A stretch of 64,000 bases of DNA, from positions 20,584,001-20,648,000 of the forward strand of contig CM120645.1 of the NCBI GenBank assembly GCA_051362555.1, written 5' to 3'. Both the position numbers and the translations under genes were made by a program. Below, one piece after another: positions 37,894 to 51,800 of this stretch (position 1 is the first letter of the stretch; each line of letters opens with the position of its first letter). The notes under the pieces are model-generated. The model was not told where the DNA came from. It did no database searches and saw only the letters and a list, made by a program, of their open reading frames with translations. This stretch comes from Lingula anatina (Eukaryota; Animalia; Brachiopoda).

Positions 37894-39219
37894 TACATGT
37901 AGGGGTCATTCCACAGAAAAAAAAAAAGAATATTTGAGTCTTGTCAGTAAGACATATATTTTGTGTTATAATAACATATTGAATTTTATCCGTTTACGTA
38001 AATTACTGCTGATTTCTTTTAATATTGAAGGATGTTATCTCATAAAACGTTGAAAATAATAGCGCAAGTCAAAATTATTTTTAAAAAAGATTCACAAATG
38101 TGTGCATCATTGCCGTGGCGGAATCAACACTACAAACCCGCCGTCTACATCCTGTTGTTTGTTTTACAACGGCTTTGATTAAACCGTTTCTGTTTAAGGC
38201 CTTGCATGAAAACAGATATCATTCATGAACATTAAGATAGTGTAGTGTTTGGATGGGGTGATCAAATTATTGTTTTCTTTACTCAGCTCCACTTTGTTCA
38301 TGTACAACGGTGAATTTAACTACCAGTAAATACAGGGTAAACATCATTTATCATCAAAGGTAAACATCATTTATCAAGTCGGATTTTAAATGAATTGCAC
38401 TACGCTTATGTTGCTGATTAATTTTTTTTTAAATCCTAACATATGATGTAGCTACAAGAAAGGCTCAGATAAAATTGTAATTAGTAACTTTTTACAGTTA
38501 TTCCCATTTATGTGGTCAAACATTTTAATTTTACATCACCATTACACGGCTTATTTTCATTAAAAACGGCAAAATAAAAACATTACTGAGACAACCTTTT
38601 ATTTATAAATCCTTTGTCAGTGCAATTTTAATTTAAAAATTGCAAACGGAATATAATAACATGACATAAGCTGCCATCTGGTTGCCCCCTCCCCTGGGCA
38701 GAATATTTGCCATTTAATTAATTTTTTTATGGCATGAAGTAATGTGAATCTTCCTTCTTATAAAGTGTGAGATGGTACCACAGGATAACTCCTCAACAGT
38801 AAAGAAATGTACCGAAAAGCTAAGTAAGTGAGCGAACAGCCAAACACTAGCACAGGTTTTATGAAATGGCAATTTAAGTCAGTGTATATCCATAGCAAAA
38901 ATAAATAAATAAATTAGTGAGCAATAACTCTGAGAAAATAGCTCCTGGATCTACTGAAATCTACCATACACTGTACGGAATTTAACCGCTAAATAAAATT
39001 TCCTCAGGAAAAAAGGTTATTTTCTTCCACCAATGAATCATTGCACAATCTGTCATTTCACTTGGATAAAATATTTTATTCCTTTTTGATTTCATGATTT
39101 AGTTCTTAATGACTGGCAAAGTCAAAGTCATGATCAGGCCTTCAATAAAGAGTAAAAACTTCATGCCTCATGGATGAAAACATGTCTCTAAAAATGATCT
39201 ATATTTTTTCTTTGAAATA

Positions 39220-39290
39220 TTAAGTCCATCCTTTTCTGGAATATTAAGATATTGTGGGAGTTAATCTGCTGAAACATAAGTTCCCGGCTG
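39220..39290 (-). pseudogene. Decayed copy of the SUMF1 last-exon 3' end (edge of the collagen tandem duplication)
   Basis: Reads AGNLCF..AD*LPQYLNIPEKDGL* versus the real [25 protein letters not shown]; ~37900-39290 aligns by eye with ~44980-46350. Confidence 0.8.
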
Positions 39291-41333
39291 AATCAGCGTC
39301 ATGTTAACACTGCAAATCATAATTAACTCACCAAAAATGTTTGAAACCTAAACGATTTATACATTTCAATGTTTTAAACGTATTCAACGTCCATGTGCGT
39401 GAAATTTCTAGATGTAGTTAACTAACTCGATACAAATAGATCAAGCCCTGTATGCCTCTACCAGTACAAGGAGTATCAAATTCACAAAGTCAAAGAATTG
39501 CAGTCAAGGTGTTATGTACATGAAATGAGCATGGAAAGAGTTTGAAAGAAATATACTTGAACAATGGCTGATTGGGGGAGGGGCGAAACGTGTCCTTTCT
39601 TTTCCTTCTGAGGTACCCCGAACCGACCGAAAAGAAAAGAAAACCACGGGCATATCAAGACAAAAGCACCCGATTTTCCGTGTGTGGTCCCTGTATTTTA
39701 TACAGATACTCGAGGTACAATTGTCCTCTTCGCCGAGCGAATCGATGCAAATTTTATCATCCTCACCCGACCACCCTCTCCACTACATTTACTGGATCTT
39801 AAATGTTAAGAAATCGGTTAGATTTCTTCCCCTTCGATGATAAAATGATGTATGGAAAATCATTTTCATAATATCATTCTATAGAAACTGATAACAGTTT
39901 ACTCAGGTGACTGCGTTGATTTGTCCTTGCCAGCTTTAAGACAAATATTCAGGGCTTAGTTTTCATGTATGTGGGCCATTGAGAGTATAACTAATATTCA
40001 ACTATAGTGATTTGTTATTGTACTAGTGAAGTGTACAGCAAATTTCAGGGCTTTTTCATGTCGTGTGGGGCCCCTAAAGAGCATAGATAATTCCCTGTAA
40101 TGAGAAGCTGCTCACTTTAGGGCTTGCTATTTTTATCCTGAATTGTTTTGAACTGAAGACAAATCTCATATTTTGTTCTAGAAACTATTTTGAAAAATTA
40201 TTCACGGGCTGAATTTGAATGTGAAGATTCGGTTACGTTCCTGTCACGCGATTAGTTTTTCACATTGTAGTAACAAAGTGGTATGTTGAAGATTGGGAGT
40301 GTTCAGTTAAAGTTACAGAGAATTAACTTTGGATTCCGTTACAAATATAAAGCAGCAGGGGTGCTTGTCTATTCATAAGTGTGTATGGGGTCTGGGGTGG
40401 AAGATAAGGGTACTAGGATATGTTTTTATAATAGATTTATATATTTTTTCATTGAACAGTTTCTTTAGTATAGATAATATTTACGGGGGTAAATGTTTTA
40501 GATGTTAATATGTGTCCAGATTAGCTGTGCACGTATTCAGTAGTTTGTGAAATCTTGACTGCGTGTGTTGGCAAAAAAAGTGAAGAAAAGGTAACCCTGC
40601 AACTCTGATCTTTTTATTTGCCACATGTACAAATTTTCTTAATTCCTAATTTCTTCATTGTTACTTCAATGTTGAAAAAATACCCTGTAAAGCTTAAAGT
40701 GTTGAGATGATAAAATATTATAAAAGAGTCCGAATAATATTTATTATCTCCTGAAATGTGCCATTACAGATGAAATGATACCGCACATGTTACAGATGCC
40801 ATTTTAGGGATGCCAATTGGTAGTGTTATGCTTTTTACATTCCAGTTTCTGCTTTCATTGATATCTCTGAATATTGTTCCTGGTCTAAAATATTTTCTTA
40901 AATCTGAATATTGCCCCTTTATTGCACTAGACTTAGCAGTAATATAGTTCTCAAAAGCGGTAAATAGATCAGGTGCTCATATTCTAATGACGATCGAACG
41001 AAGAAGCACAAGGCTTGGTTGTCAGACACAATTAGAATACACTTACAGTAGCAAGACTTTTGTCTAGTACATGTATTATTATAATTTGATCAAGTCTACA
41101 AGTGTACAAGAAAATTTTTAATTAAAGTTTTAGTTGAATGAATTGTAAAAATAGGGGACTGGTATTCATGTAACTGACTTCCATTTCTTCCAGAGAGAGA
41201 GAGGGCGAGCGAGAGCGCGTTCTGAATATTGTCTTCAAACCATGTTCTTAAAATATTGTGATATTAAGAATATTGGGATAATTCTTAGCAGCTGCGAGTT
41301 ACTTCACCGTGTGGTATTTCGGCCGCACCTCAA

Positions 41334-44300
41334 CTACTTAGAGCACACAACACAGGTCAACTCTCTTCCCTCAACATACTGTGGACAAGGGATAGACGAG
41401 TGGCACTTAACTTCAGCCACATAGAAAAGAGCACCATTTGTATTGGACACACCACCTGAAACTACTTCTGGAGCCTCATCAAGACAGACAAATTCAGTTC
41501 TATATTGTGAATAATGTTGTGCAACCAAGTAGCCATGATACTCCGGTGTCCACCCGGCAGGACATGTCATCCAGGCTGGTATCATAACATGACTACTACG
41601 GCCTTGGGTATAACAAACAGCACACGGAGCATTATGGTCCTTGAGAGTCTTACCCCCATTATTGGTCTTCTGGAAAATATCATTGATGTAGTATCCCATT
41701 TCGTACTCTGTACCATAAACGTAAGTGCCGGAATTTTGGAACCCATCTTGGTAATTGCCCCACTGAGGGTTGTGAGGGAGACAGATGTAGTTGCTAGCGC
41801 CACCTTTATGTTCCCACCAGGAACCAGCAGTATAACCTACAAAACAAAGGGACGTCCTTTCACAATGAATTTCGTCGATTTAACTACGGGCTCTCTGAAT
41901 GTAATCAGTTTGATAAGACCAAGAGTCAAACACGCTTCCTCCTGGTTTTGAATATATTATAACTGGTGATGATATAGAGTACAAAAGGACGTGTGTTAGT
42001 CACAATGGGCACATGGGCAAAATTGCCTCGGTAAGGCCGACCGAAGGAAAACGCAACCAGAGAAAAGAGAATGTTCATACTCCTGCCCCGTAGAAAACCT
42101 TTTATCTCACTTTGGAATTTGACTGCAACAATGATCAAGAACAGGGCACGATATTTTTCTGAGTTTACGGTTAGAAGACGTCTGCACAATATTGGTAGGG
42201 TTTCTGTTACAGTAGAAGACCAGGGATCCCCGCTAGGAACCGTCTACTCTGGCATGGACACTTAAGGAATTTTGTAGAGATTATCATTGAAAACCATAAT
42301 CACCCATTTATGTTTCTAAAAAATTCCTTTTAGAAGTTCCTTTTTTGCTAGGGAAGTAAATAACATTATATATTTATGTTGAAGGGTGCTAGGCCCTTGC
42401 TGGGGAGCTAAGTTATATAGCTAATCAGTAACGACTTTTCTTTTACTTTTTCAGTTTGACTGATGTTGTTATTCATAAAATGAACATAGTGATATTTAAA
42501 TTTAATGGCTTCTAGTTGCTCTTGCAGTTCTTACCTTCATAAAGAAGTTTAGAAGAGACACCACACTTAGTTCTCCCCCATCTCGTGTACACTGATCCTC
42601 CAACTGTCGTATTAGGTGGTAAACCTATTAGAAATAATTCATCAATCAGTAAATTTTCACGTTGTTTGATATCATTTATTTTATTTATAACTGGTCTCGT
42701 GTTAAAGCTTTTAAAAACATTACAAATATACGCATGTTTACAAGTTGTGTCATCATATATATATATTGCTTTGGTTTTTGAAGTTTTTTACAGTCTAACC
42801 GAAATTCTGACCTACATAGATAATAAACTTTGATGTTGGGCTTATAAATACATGTAAAAGGCACTATAACTCAAACGGAAAGAAGTTTACCATGTTCTTT
42901 TATAAGTTGTTTGATTCTGTCGTCTGTCACAGAAGGGCCAGGTGGACCAGAGGGACCAGGAGGACCCTACCAACAACACAGAATATAGAAGTGAGCTCTT
43001 TCTGCACATCCTTTTACTTTTGTAAACACATTGAAAAGAAACCATTAGACAAAGATCGGTTTGCCTTATTTGTTAACAGTATAGCGTAAATCAATCTGGT
43101 TTGCTGGTCGTGTTTAAGTGATTCTATTACGTAGCTGATAATCTCGCAAAACGTTTTCAAAAAGATTGTTGTAAAATACAGTGTAAAAAAGGCATAATTA
43201 ATATTATGATGAAAGGGTATTTCTCTCATTTTTTTCAGCTGTACTCAACTATTAATTCTCACCTGCGGTCCTTTTCCGTTTTGCCCAGGTATACCATCTC
43301 TGCCGTCTTTGCCTGGTTTGCCCTCTATCCCAGGACTACCGTCTCTGCCAGGTTTCCCATCATCACCGGATTTCCCGTCTCTGCCTGGTTTCCCATCTCT
43401 GCCATCCCTGCCTGGCAGTCCCCTGCATGCCCGGGGACACATGGCAGCTGCTGGCGAGAAAATGTCGAAGTGGGAGTTAATATGGGAAAATAGGCAAATA
43501 AAATAGTTTTTTATGCTTTTAATGAAAATAAAATTTAAAAAGGATAGAAAGTTAGGAAAATAATCTGTCGAATAACTCGTAAAAATTCAAAAGAACGCGT
43601 AATAACTGTTGGAAAACAGTAACAAAATTAGCTTATTTTGAAAGTACTGCAATATGAAGATTTTACACATGTATGCGCTATAATCTGTAACAAATAATAA
43701 CGACGCATAAAAAATTACATAAAATTGAATTTTAAAAAAGACTATGAACGCACGTCGACAAGGTCATTTGCGGTTTTACTTTGTAAATGATTCAGTATCC
43801 TTGCACACCAAAGATACTTCCTTATACATATGAGATTATAATGATCTCGTTATTTCATATTGAATAACAAATTTCAGTTGAAAAAGTGACTAAAATATCA
43901 CATACTCTGCAGCGTCCCCGTACCAGATGCTTCGTCATTCATTGGTGACAACATTTTCTTTTCATCACTGGGCTCATGATCTAAGACCAACTGAAGGCTC
44001 TTCAGAGAATCCTGAAAGTTCATGACTTCGTATTTACTTCTGAACTGTTTGTTAAGGATGGCTGCAAGCTAATTACGAACACAACGTATCTTTAGTAGTA
44101 TTTTTGAAAAAATCTCGGTTGAGTAGGATTATACATGTCACGAAGCCATCAATTGCTAAACATTTGCAAATGAAACGCGTCTACATGTATAAAAGTAATT
44201 TAAAGATACCAATGTAAAAGTAATATAATTGACAATTTACAATACCTTGAGCTTCTGATTTTCTTTTTTCAGGTGTTGCATTTCCGTCTCCAATTTTGTG

Positions 44301-44434
44301 TTTTTGTCATCTTGATTTTTTTCCAGACGCAGAAACCTATCCACCAGTTTGTTGAAGGCGATGTCGTCCACATTTTTAGCACTCACAAGTTGACAGACCC
44401 CAGCCATCAAAATTACAACAGCAATAGTGGACAT
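41334..44434 (-). CDS. Short-chain collagen C4-like protein, copy 2, ~383 aa
   Basis: Exons 44434-44246, 44011-43906, 43450-43263, 42966-42891, 42624-42535, 41836-41334 (1152 nt). Same architecture and phases as copy 1; no stops or frameshifts seen. Confidence 0.9.
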
Positions 44435-44787
44435 GTTGACGATGTCGCTAAGTACAGGGTAATACTTCTGCCACGTCAAAGAGACGGTAGATATTATCTT
44501 GTTTTGACCCTTTTCTCCGTAGGTTAAGGAATAAGGAGAAAGCAACCGAGCCTATCGAAATATAAAGCTAAATCTAGCAGGATTATATCAAGTTCTAAAC
44601 AGGAACGATTTAGCTACGGTGTTCTAAGATTAATTGGAATTAATTTAATTAAAAGGAAGTAAACGACTTCTTTGCACTCACCTGCCATGGAAGCCTAGAG
44701 TGCAGAAGTCAGATCAGGGAAAGGCAGGTTACTTTAGGGTTTACATAGACTTCCCCGTTTGACTTAAACATTGATCTACATGTACAT

Positions 44788-44977
44788 CAGGCATGTTGCC
44801 ACGGGGGTTGTGGGGGGGGGTGTTCGAAAGAACTGCCCTTTTTGGTGGGGAAGGGTCCTTTCTGGGTAACATTAGATCTAGGTACACAAATGTTTCATTG
44901 TAATAGGTCCACTTTAAAAAAAAAAAAAAAAAAAAAAAGCCCCCCCCCCCCTTTTGAAAGTGCTGTCTACGGGCCTG
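44788..44977. mobile_element. G-run hAT-like MITE upstream of collagen copy 2
   Basis: caggcatgttgcc ... gtctacgggcctg; orthologous position to 37714-37893. Confidence 0.65.
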
Positions 44978-46272
44978 TACATGTAGGGGTCATTCCACAG
45001 AAAAAAAGATCATTTCAGTCCTGTCAGTAAGACACATATTCTGTGTTATCATACAATATTGAATTTTATCAGTTCACCTAAATTACTGCGGATTTCTTTT
45101 AATATTGGAGGATGTTATCTTATAAAACGTTGAAATTAACAGCGCAAGTCAAAATTACATCCTGTTGTTTGTTTTACAGCGGCTTTGATTAAACCGTTTC
45201 TGTTTAAGGCCTTCCATGAAAACAGATATCATTCATGAACATAAAGATAGTGTAGTGTTTGGATGGGGTGATCAAATTATTGTTTTCTTTACTCAGCTCC
45301 ACTTTGTTCATGTACAACGGTCAATTGATCCAAGTAAACATCATTTATCAAGTCGGATTTGAAATTAATTACACAACGTTTATTGTTGCTGATCAACATT
45401 TTTTAAAATCCAAACATATGATGAACAGAAGTGCTACACGAAAGCCTCAGATGAAATTGTAATTAGTGGTTGTCATTCTTAAGTTTTAACTTTTTCTGCA
45501 TCAGTTATTCCAATTTATGTGGTCAAACATTTTAATTTTACATGTACATCAGCATTGCACCACGTCTTTTTTTCATTAAAAACGGCAAAATAAAAAAAAA
45601 ATTTCTGAGACAACCTTTATAGGCAACTCTTTATTTATAAAATCCTTTGTCAGTGCTATTAAATTACAAACGGAATATAATATCATAACATAAGCTGCCA
45701 TCTGGTTGCCCCCTACCCTGGGCAGAATATTTGCCATTTAATTTTAGTCTTTTTGATGCGTTTAAGGCATGAAGTAAGACAGTAATGTGAATCTTCCTTC
45801 CTACAATATAGTGTGGGATGATACCACAGGATATCTCTAAAGAAATGCACCGAAAAGCAAAGTAAGCAAGCAAACAGTAAACACTAGCACAAGTTTTATG
45901 AAATGATAATTTTAGCCAGACGAGTATCCATTGCAAAAATAAATTAATTAATTAATTAGTGAGCAATAACTTTGAGAAAATAGCTCCTGGATCTACTGAA
46001 TTCTACCATACACTGTACGGAATTTACCCATTGAATGAATTTTCCTCAGGAAAAAAATAGGTTATTTTCTTCCACCAATGAATCATTGTACAGTCTGTCA
46101 TTTCACTTGGATATAAAATTTGATTCCTTTTTGATTTCATGATTTAGTTCTCAATGACTGGCAAAGTCAAAGTCATATGATCAAGGCCTTTTAATGTAGG
46201 GTTGAAACTGTCATACTGCATAGGTAAAGACATATGTAGTCTCTAAAATTATCTACTTTTTACTTTCAAAAA

Positions 46273-48836
46273 TTATAGTTCATCTTTTTCTGGAATATCA
46301 AGATATTGTGGAAGTTGATCTGCTGCACATCGGAAACCTAAGTTCCCAGCAGAGCTGTCTGGTGTGTTCTGACTTCTGGCACCACACCTATATCGATAGC
46401 AAAACTCCTGCAATGAAAGAATAACAACTTTAGCTATTACATGGAAATAATTTTATTTGTTAATTTCCCAAATCATATCTTTTTAGTAATAAAAAATATG
46501 CACTCCTGGCTGTAGTCAGCAATTTGTAAGGGGATCAGTTTGATACAAATTGGACATTTTCTGAACAAAGGGGTGTTTCTTTGCGAATTTAAGTTTCAGT
46601 CTTTAACCTAAAATATCTTCAATGTTATCGTAAGCACATACTAGTACATGTACCTTAGTGCACATATATGATCCACCTTTCTTCACTTTGTCACTACTGC
46701 TGTCTGGTCCCTTCTGGAAACAAGTTAATATAAGGACAGTTTTACCAGGTTCAAGATGACCAAATATTTGTACAACTAAGACCCCATTCCCATACTTAGA
46801 TTGATCTAGCAGGATCAACCCATCTCTGAGGGGATTCTGGCTAAATTACATTCAGCTTAAGCGGCTAAGATGTCTGGCATGCCTACCGAAGCTGCCAAAT
46901 GATAGTTTATTACCCCCTAACAGCTTCAGTAGGCATGCCAGCCATCTAAGCCGCTTAAGCTTTGTGCAATTAAGCGAGAATCCACTTGGAGTTGGATCAA
47001 TCCTGCTAGCTTGATCTAGGTATGGGAATGGGGTCTTAGACAAAGAATCAAGTCAGGCAATTTTCATAACATCAGCTAATATTAAAGAAAAAATCTTTTC
47101 CATTCAATTTGTTTAAGATAAAACGATAATCAAAGTTACACAATGTATAAGATAAAAAGGTATGCAGAACCTTGTGCACTACTTTACATTAACAGCCAAA
47201 TTCTAAATTTATTTGTATGTTTGTTTTTTTTTTTTTTTTAATATCTATAGGTATTGCTGAAGTGTTCTTTAAAGCCATTCAAAATAATTTTTTTGAAACA
47301 TTAAATTTTATTTACCAGTAAGTCAATATCCTAGTCATAGCCGTACAATGCCAACACGATTCTACCATATTCGTACTCTATACTTACAGGATCTTTCTTG
47401 AAGTCTGTGGTATGTCTGATGTTCCACCAGTCAGACACCCATTCCCACACATTACCAACCATGTTCTTCAATCCAAACTTATTCTGGGGCGGATAGCTGG
47501 TTACCTACAGATGAACCAGATGAACAGTGTTTAAAATTAGTTATTTCACCCTTATTCTCTTCTTCCTCTTCCAAGACAGTTTATAAAATGGTTGTTTGTG
47601 GAAAACCTTTTCCTCATTGTAGAATGAGCATATTCTACACTTAAAAAATGTCTTAACTTTAAAAAAAGCTAAAGCCAATGTTGGAACTCCCAGAAATAAT
47701 TTCCCCCCTTAATAATTTAAAAATCTTATTGTCTTCTTCTTCCTTTTCCGCAGTTTATAAAATGGCTGTTTGTGGAAAACCTTACTTTTCAACTTTGTAG
47801 AATAATGATCACATTCTAAAATCAAAAAATGTGTTCACTCTAAAGAAATTATTGCCAATGTTGGGCCCCAAAACGATAATTTCTTCACCTTAATAAGGAT
47901 TATTTGTCCAAATCTCTCTTTCCCAAATAAAATTTCATAAACACTGTCCCTTTCTATTTCCCTTCAGGCTAAATATTTGCCTTTTGAAATATAATCCCAT
48001 ATCAAATAACAAACAAGCCAGTTTAAGCTGACAAATGCACAGACAACCCTTCTTAGTTGAAATTCATGTACATAGCAAAGAAATTTAGGCTGAACAACTG
48101 CATCTGTAATTGAGCCCTACATATGACATCAAGAAGATTGTAGGAAAGGAGATGCATATATCCATCTAGTTTACACTTTGGTAAATGGGTTGTTATAAAC
48201 TATAAGTCTACACATGAAAATATTACCAGTAATTGGCACACACCCATGCATATGCGCACGCACACACACACACACTTACTGGTGCTGGCCCATCAAAACC
48301 ATCAGCTTTTGTATTTTCTTTTGGAAATTCCCCCTGCCACATATTCAGGCGATGCTCATCTTTCGGTGTGAGTTTATTGCCCCATGGAAATAATCTAATT
48401 GAAGTATAATAAAGCATTTGAATTAATTAGTTCAAATTTCTTTTTTTTTTCCTTTTGCCTAAAATTTAAACAGCAAAAAGCTTAACTTTGTGAGGTGATG
48501 TGATATATGGAAGAGTATACCCTAAAGTTTCTTTCTTAATCAATACAAAAATGTATATAAAAGAATGAATTATGATATAATAGACCTCATCCCAGTGGGC
48601 AAAGTATGTTGTTTTAACATTGAAACAATGTTGAACCATAATGTTGATAAGACGTTGGATAAACATTGGATTTGAAAGTTGACTCAACCTCAGATAACAA
48701 CTTTGTATCAACGTCAGATAACAACATTGTGTCAACCCCAGTTGTAAGACAACATTCAAGAATGAAAAGACATTGAAATGACCTGAGGGTAGGGTATAAA
48801 AAGTATGGCCTGTAAGTTAAAATTTCCAAGGTTTAA

Positions 48837-48884
<48 letters not shown>

Positions 48885-51800
48885 CAAAGTCAGTCACCTC
48901 AACCTGTCTATGTATAACAAGTTACCAAGAACTGTTAACTTTATTAATTCACTCCATCACATTTACAGCAACTTATTCATCCTAGTGTTAGCTGACCTTG
49001 CAAGGAATTCAGTTTATTGGAATGTATTTCTGAATAACAAGTTAAGAAAATTCACTAGTTCACTAAAGACACAAAACAACTGTCACTTTTACTTTTAACA
49101 CTTTTTTTGATTATTTTGATAAAGTTAGTTACAGTATTGATAAACAAAGTATCACGTTTTCAACAATTAATATTTTAAAATATAATCCATGTCTGCAAGG
49201 TTGTGTCAATGACCAAAATACAACGTTGAGTCAACGTCACATTATGACGGTGTTTCGACGTGGCTGGATCAACATTGATTTTACGTTGAATTTAGGTAGA
49301 ACAACAGCAATTCAACGTATCAACCTATTTTCAACGTTGATCCAACGCAACTATGCCTGCTGGGATATAACTTGTGACCTTGGTACTTGAATGATCATGA
49401 ATCTTGCAAAAAATATTCTAGGTGTACAACACATTTTTTAGGCTAAACTGAAACTTTTTGGTATAAACTGAGCATTGCATATAATAACTTTAAAACATCT
49501 TTGTGTAATTGGAACTAATTTTCAGCCCTAATATACGTGAATCTGAGTTATGTGTCTATTGAATAATCCTATACTGCAATTAAGTTACACTTTAAAACAA
49601 ATCCCCTTAAATCATACATAAATGTAGATCATAAATAAAAAATACTATAGACAAAAGCTGCAGATTAGTTCAGTGGCTGTGTGCTGTATATACCTATCCT
49701 TCAATCCACCACGACAGGCATATTCCCACTCTGCCTCTGTAGGTAAACGTTTCCCTGCCCACTTACAGTAGGCTACAGCATCATTCCATGATACATGGAT
49801 AACAGCATGGTCCATCCTACAACAACAACAACATCATTATATATCAACTGTATATTTACAGCTTACTAGTACACCCAGAATATTTTAACAATACATGGAC
49901 ACAAGCATGATCCCTCCTCCTCAAACAACAACAACAACAACAACAACATAAATATATCTTTACTGTATATTTACAGCTTCTACCCAGAATCATTTAACAA
50001 TACATTAATTACAGTATGATCCATCCTACAACAACGACATAACTAATTTACAACTTACACCAGACTCAATTTACAATACATGGATAACAACATGGTCCAT
50101 CCAGCAGGAAGAACATCATTACTGTATATTAACAGCTTATTTTCATAAACTCATAATCTACATAATTCAAGGCTCACTGCCCTCTAGAAGACTATTACAA
50201 CATCATGCCACTATTCTTCTTCTTATCCCTAACGAAAAAGTCCTATAGGATCCTATAAGATCCTATAGGATCCTATAGGAAATTGGGCCAATTTCCTATG
50301 TGATCCTATAGGACTTTTTCGTAAGGGATCATCAATATTATCATTAAAACCAGCCTGTCAAACTGTCCCAGCATGGGTGCTAGACTTTACTCATGTAGTT
50401 CACATACACATGTAGGAGGGAAAGAGGTGTCAGCATAATTTCAACAGAATTTTTCAAAAGAATTTTTGTTTCTGATATCCCTTTCAGTAGTTGCCCTTTT
50501 TTCTTTTCTTTTTCTTTTCTTCTGAGTAATGCACTCTTAGACCCCATTTCCATAGACATCATCAGTACAGTACATGCAGACTGGCCCAACTCATGAGGCG
50601 TATGTGTCAATCAACTGGTTAAGCTGATTGCAACTCAACAAAGAGTCCCCTTTCAGTTACGTCAATCTGCAATGCTGTCTATGGGAATGGGGTCTAACAG
50701 TGTTTTACAGTTTCAATTTTCTTTTACCTTCCTTTTAAATCAGTATCAGGCCCATCAGGGTGGCGCCAATCTGCCCCCTTCACAGGAAGCCACCAAGGAG
50801 CTGCTGCCACCTAGTGGTAAAATAGAAGCAAAATGTTCTTGTTAACATACATATGTGTACATACAATGATGTCATTTGGTAATACTGCAAAATTATTTTT
50901 AAAATTGGGTTTTTTAAATTCCGAACACACATAATATCTCCTTGTGTAAAAGGGCACTCTCCTTTTTAACTACAATGCCAGAAAAATTAAAACAGCACTA
51001 GGAATCAGCACAATTTACATGGCAATCATTTGCAAGCACATTATTCATGAGTAATGGCTATATTGAAAATATGTCATTTTCATTTAATATGTATCAGTAT
51101 ACAGAGTGTCAATATAAAAACTTACTGCTTGTGAAATTCCTTTTAAAACTTCTTCACTAATTCTTGTTTCCAGCACAAATGAATCACCAAATGTCTCTGC
51201 CTAAATGACAAAATATGAAACAATACAGGAAAGGACCTATAGAAGTTCTGATCAAGTAAAGTGTACAGTATACTTGAATTTGATTTTTTTAAACACCAAA
51301 TCAAATTTCCCTCAAGAAAAAAAATTTTTTTGACTCACAACTGTAATCTGTGCGAGTCTATGCATTTTGTTTTGATGTACCGCTACATGTACCGGTACCG
51401 TACCTTCCTTTATAACAGCTACGGATTTTTGAGGAAAATAAAAAGGCGAGGATTTTTTGCTCAGTTCTAAGGTTATATTTCAACTTTTGGGACTTTAAAG
51501 TCACTTCCTATTTTGTGTTAATACAATGGGTGTTAACCCATTGTTCTAATTCCAAACCTTGTTTAGGTAAACAGTTTACCAGAGATTAATAACATCTTTA
51601 TATTTTTTAACCTAATAGTTAAAATACTTGATTCCTATTGTGTAATGTGGTGTCATTTCCTTTAACCATAAAAGGTGGGGAGAAAAAGCTGTTTAGTTTT
51701 TAAAATGTGAATAAATGTTGATGAATTTTGGCATGGACATAATAATAATTCCTATTTAGGTCCAAGATTTTGGTCGCTTTCAATTCTTTTTAAATAAGTT

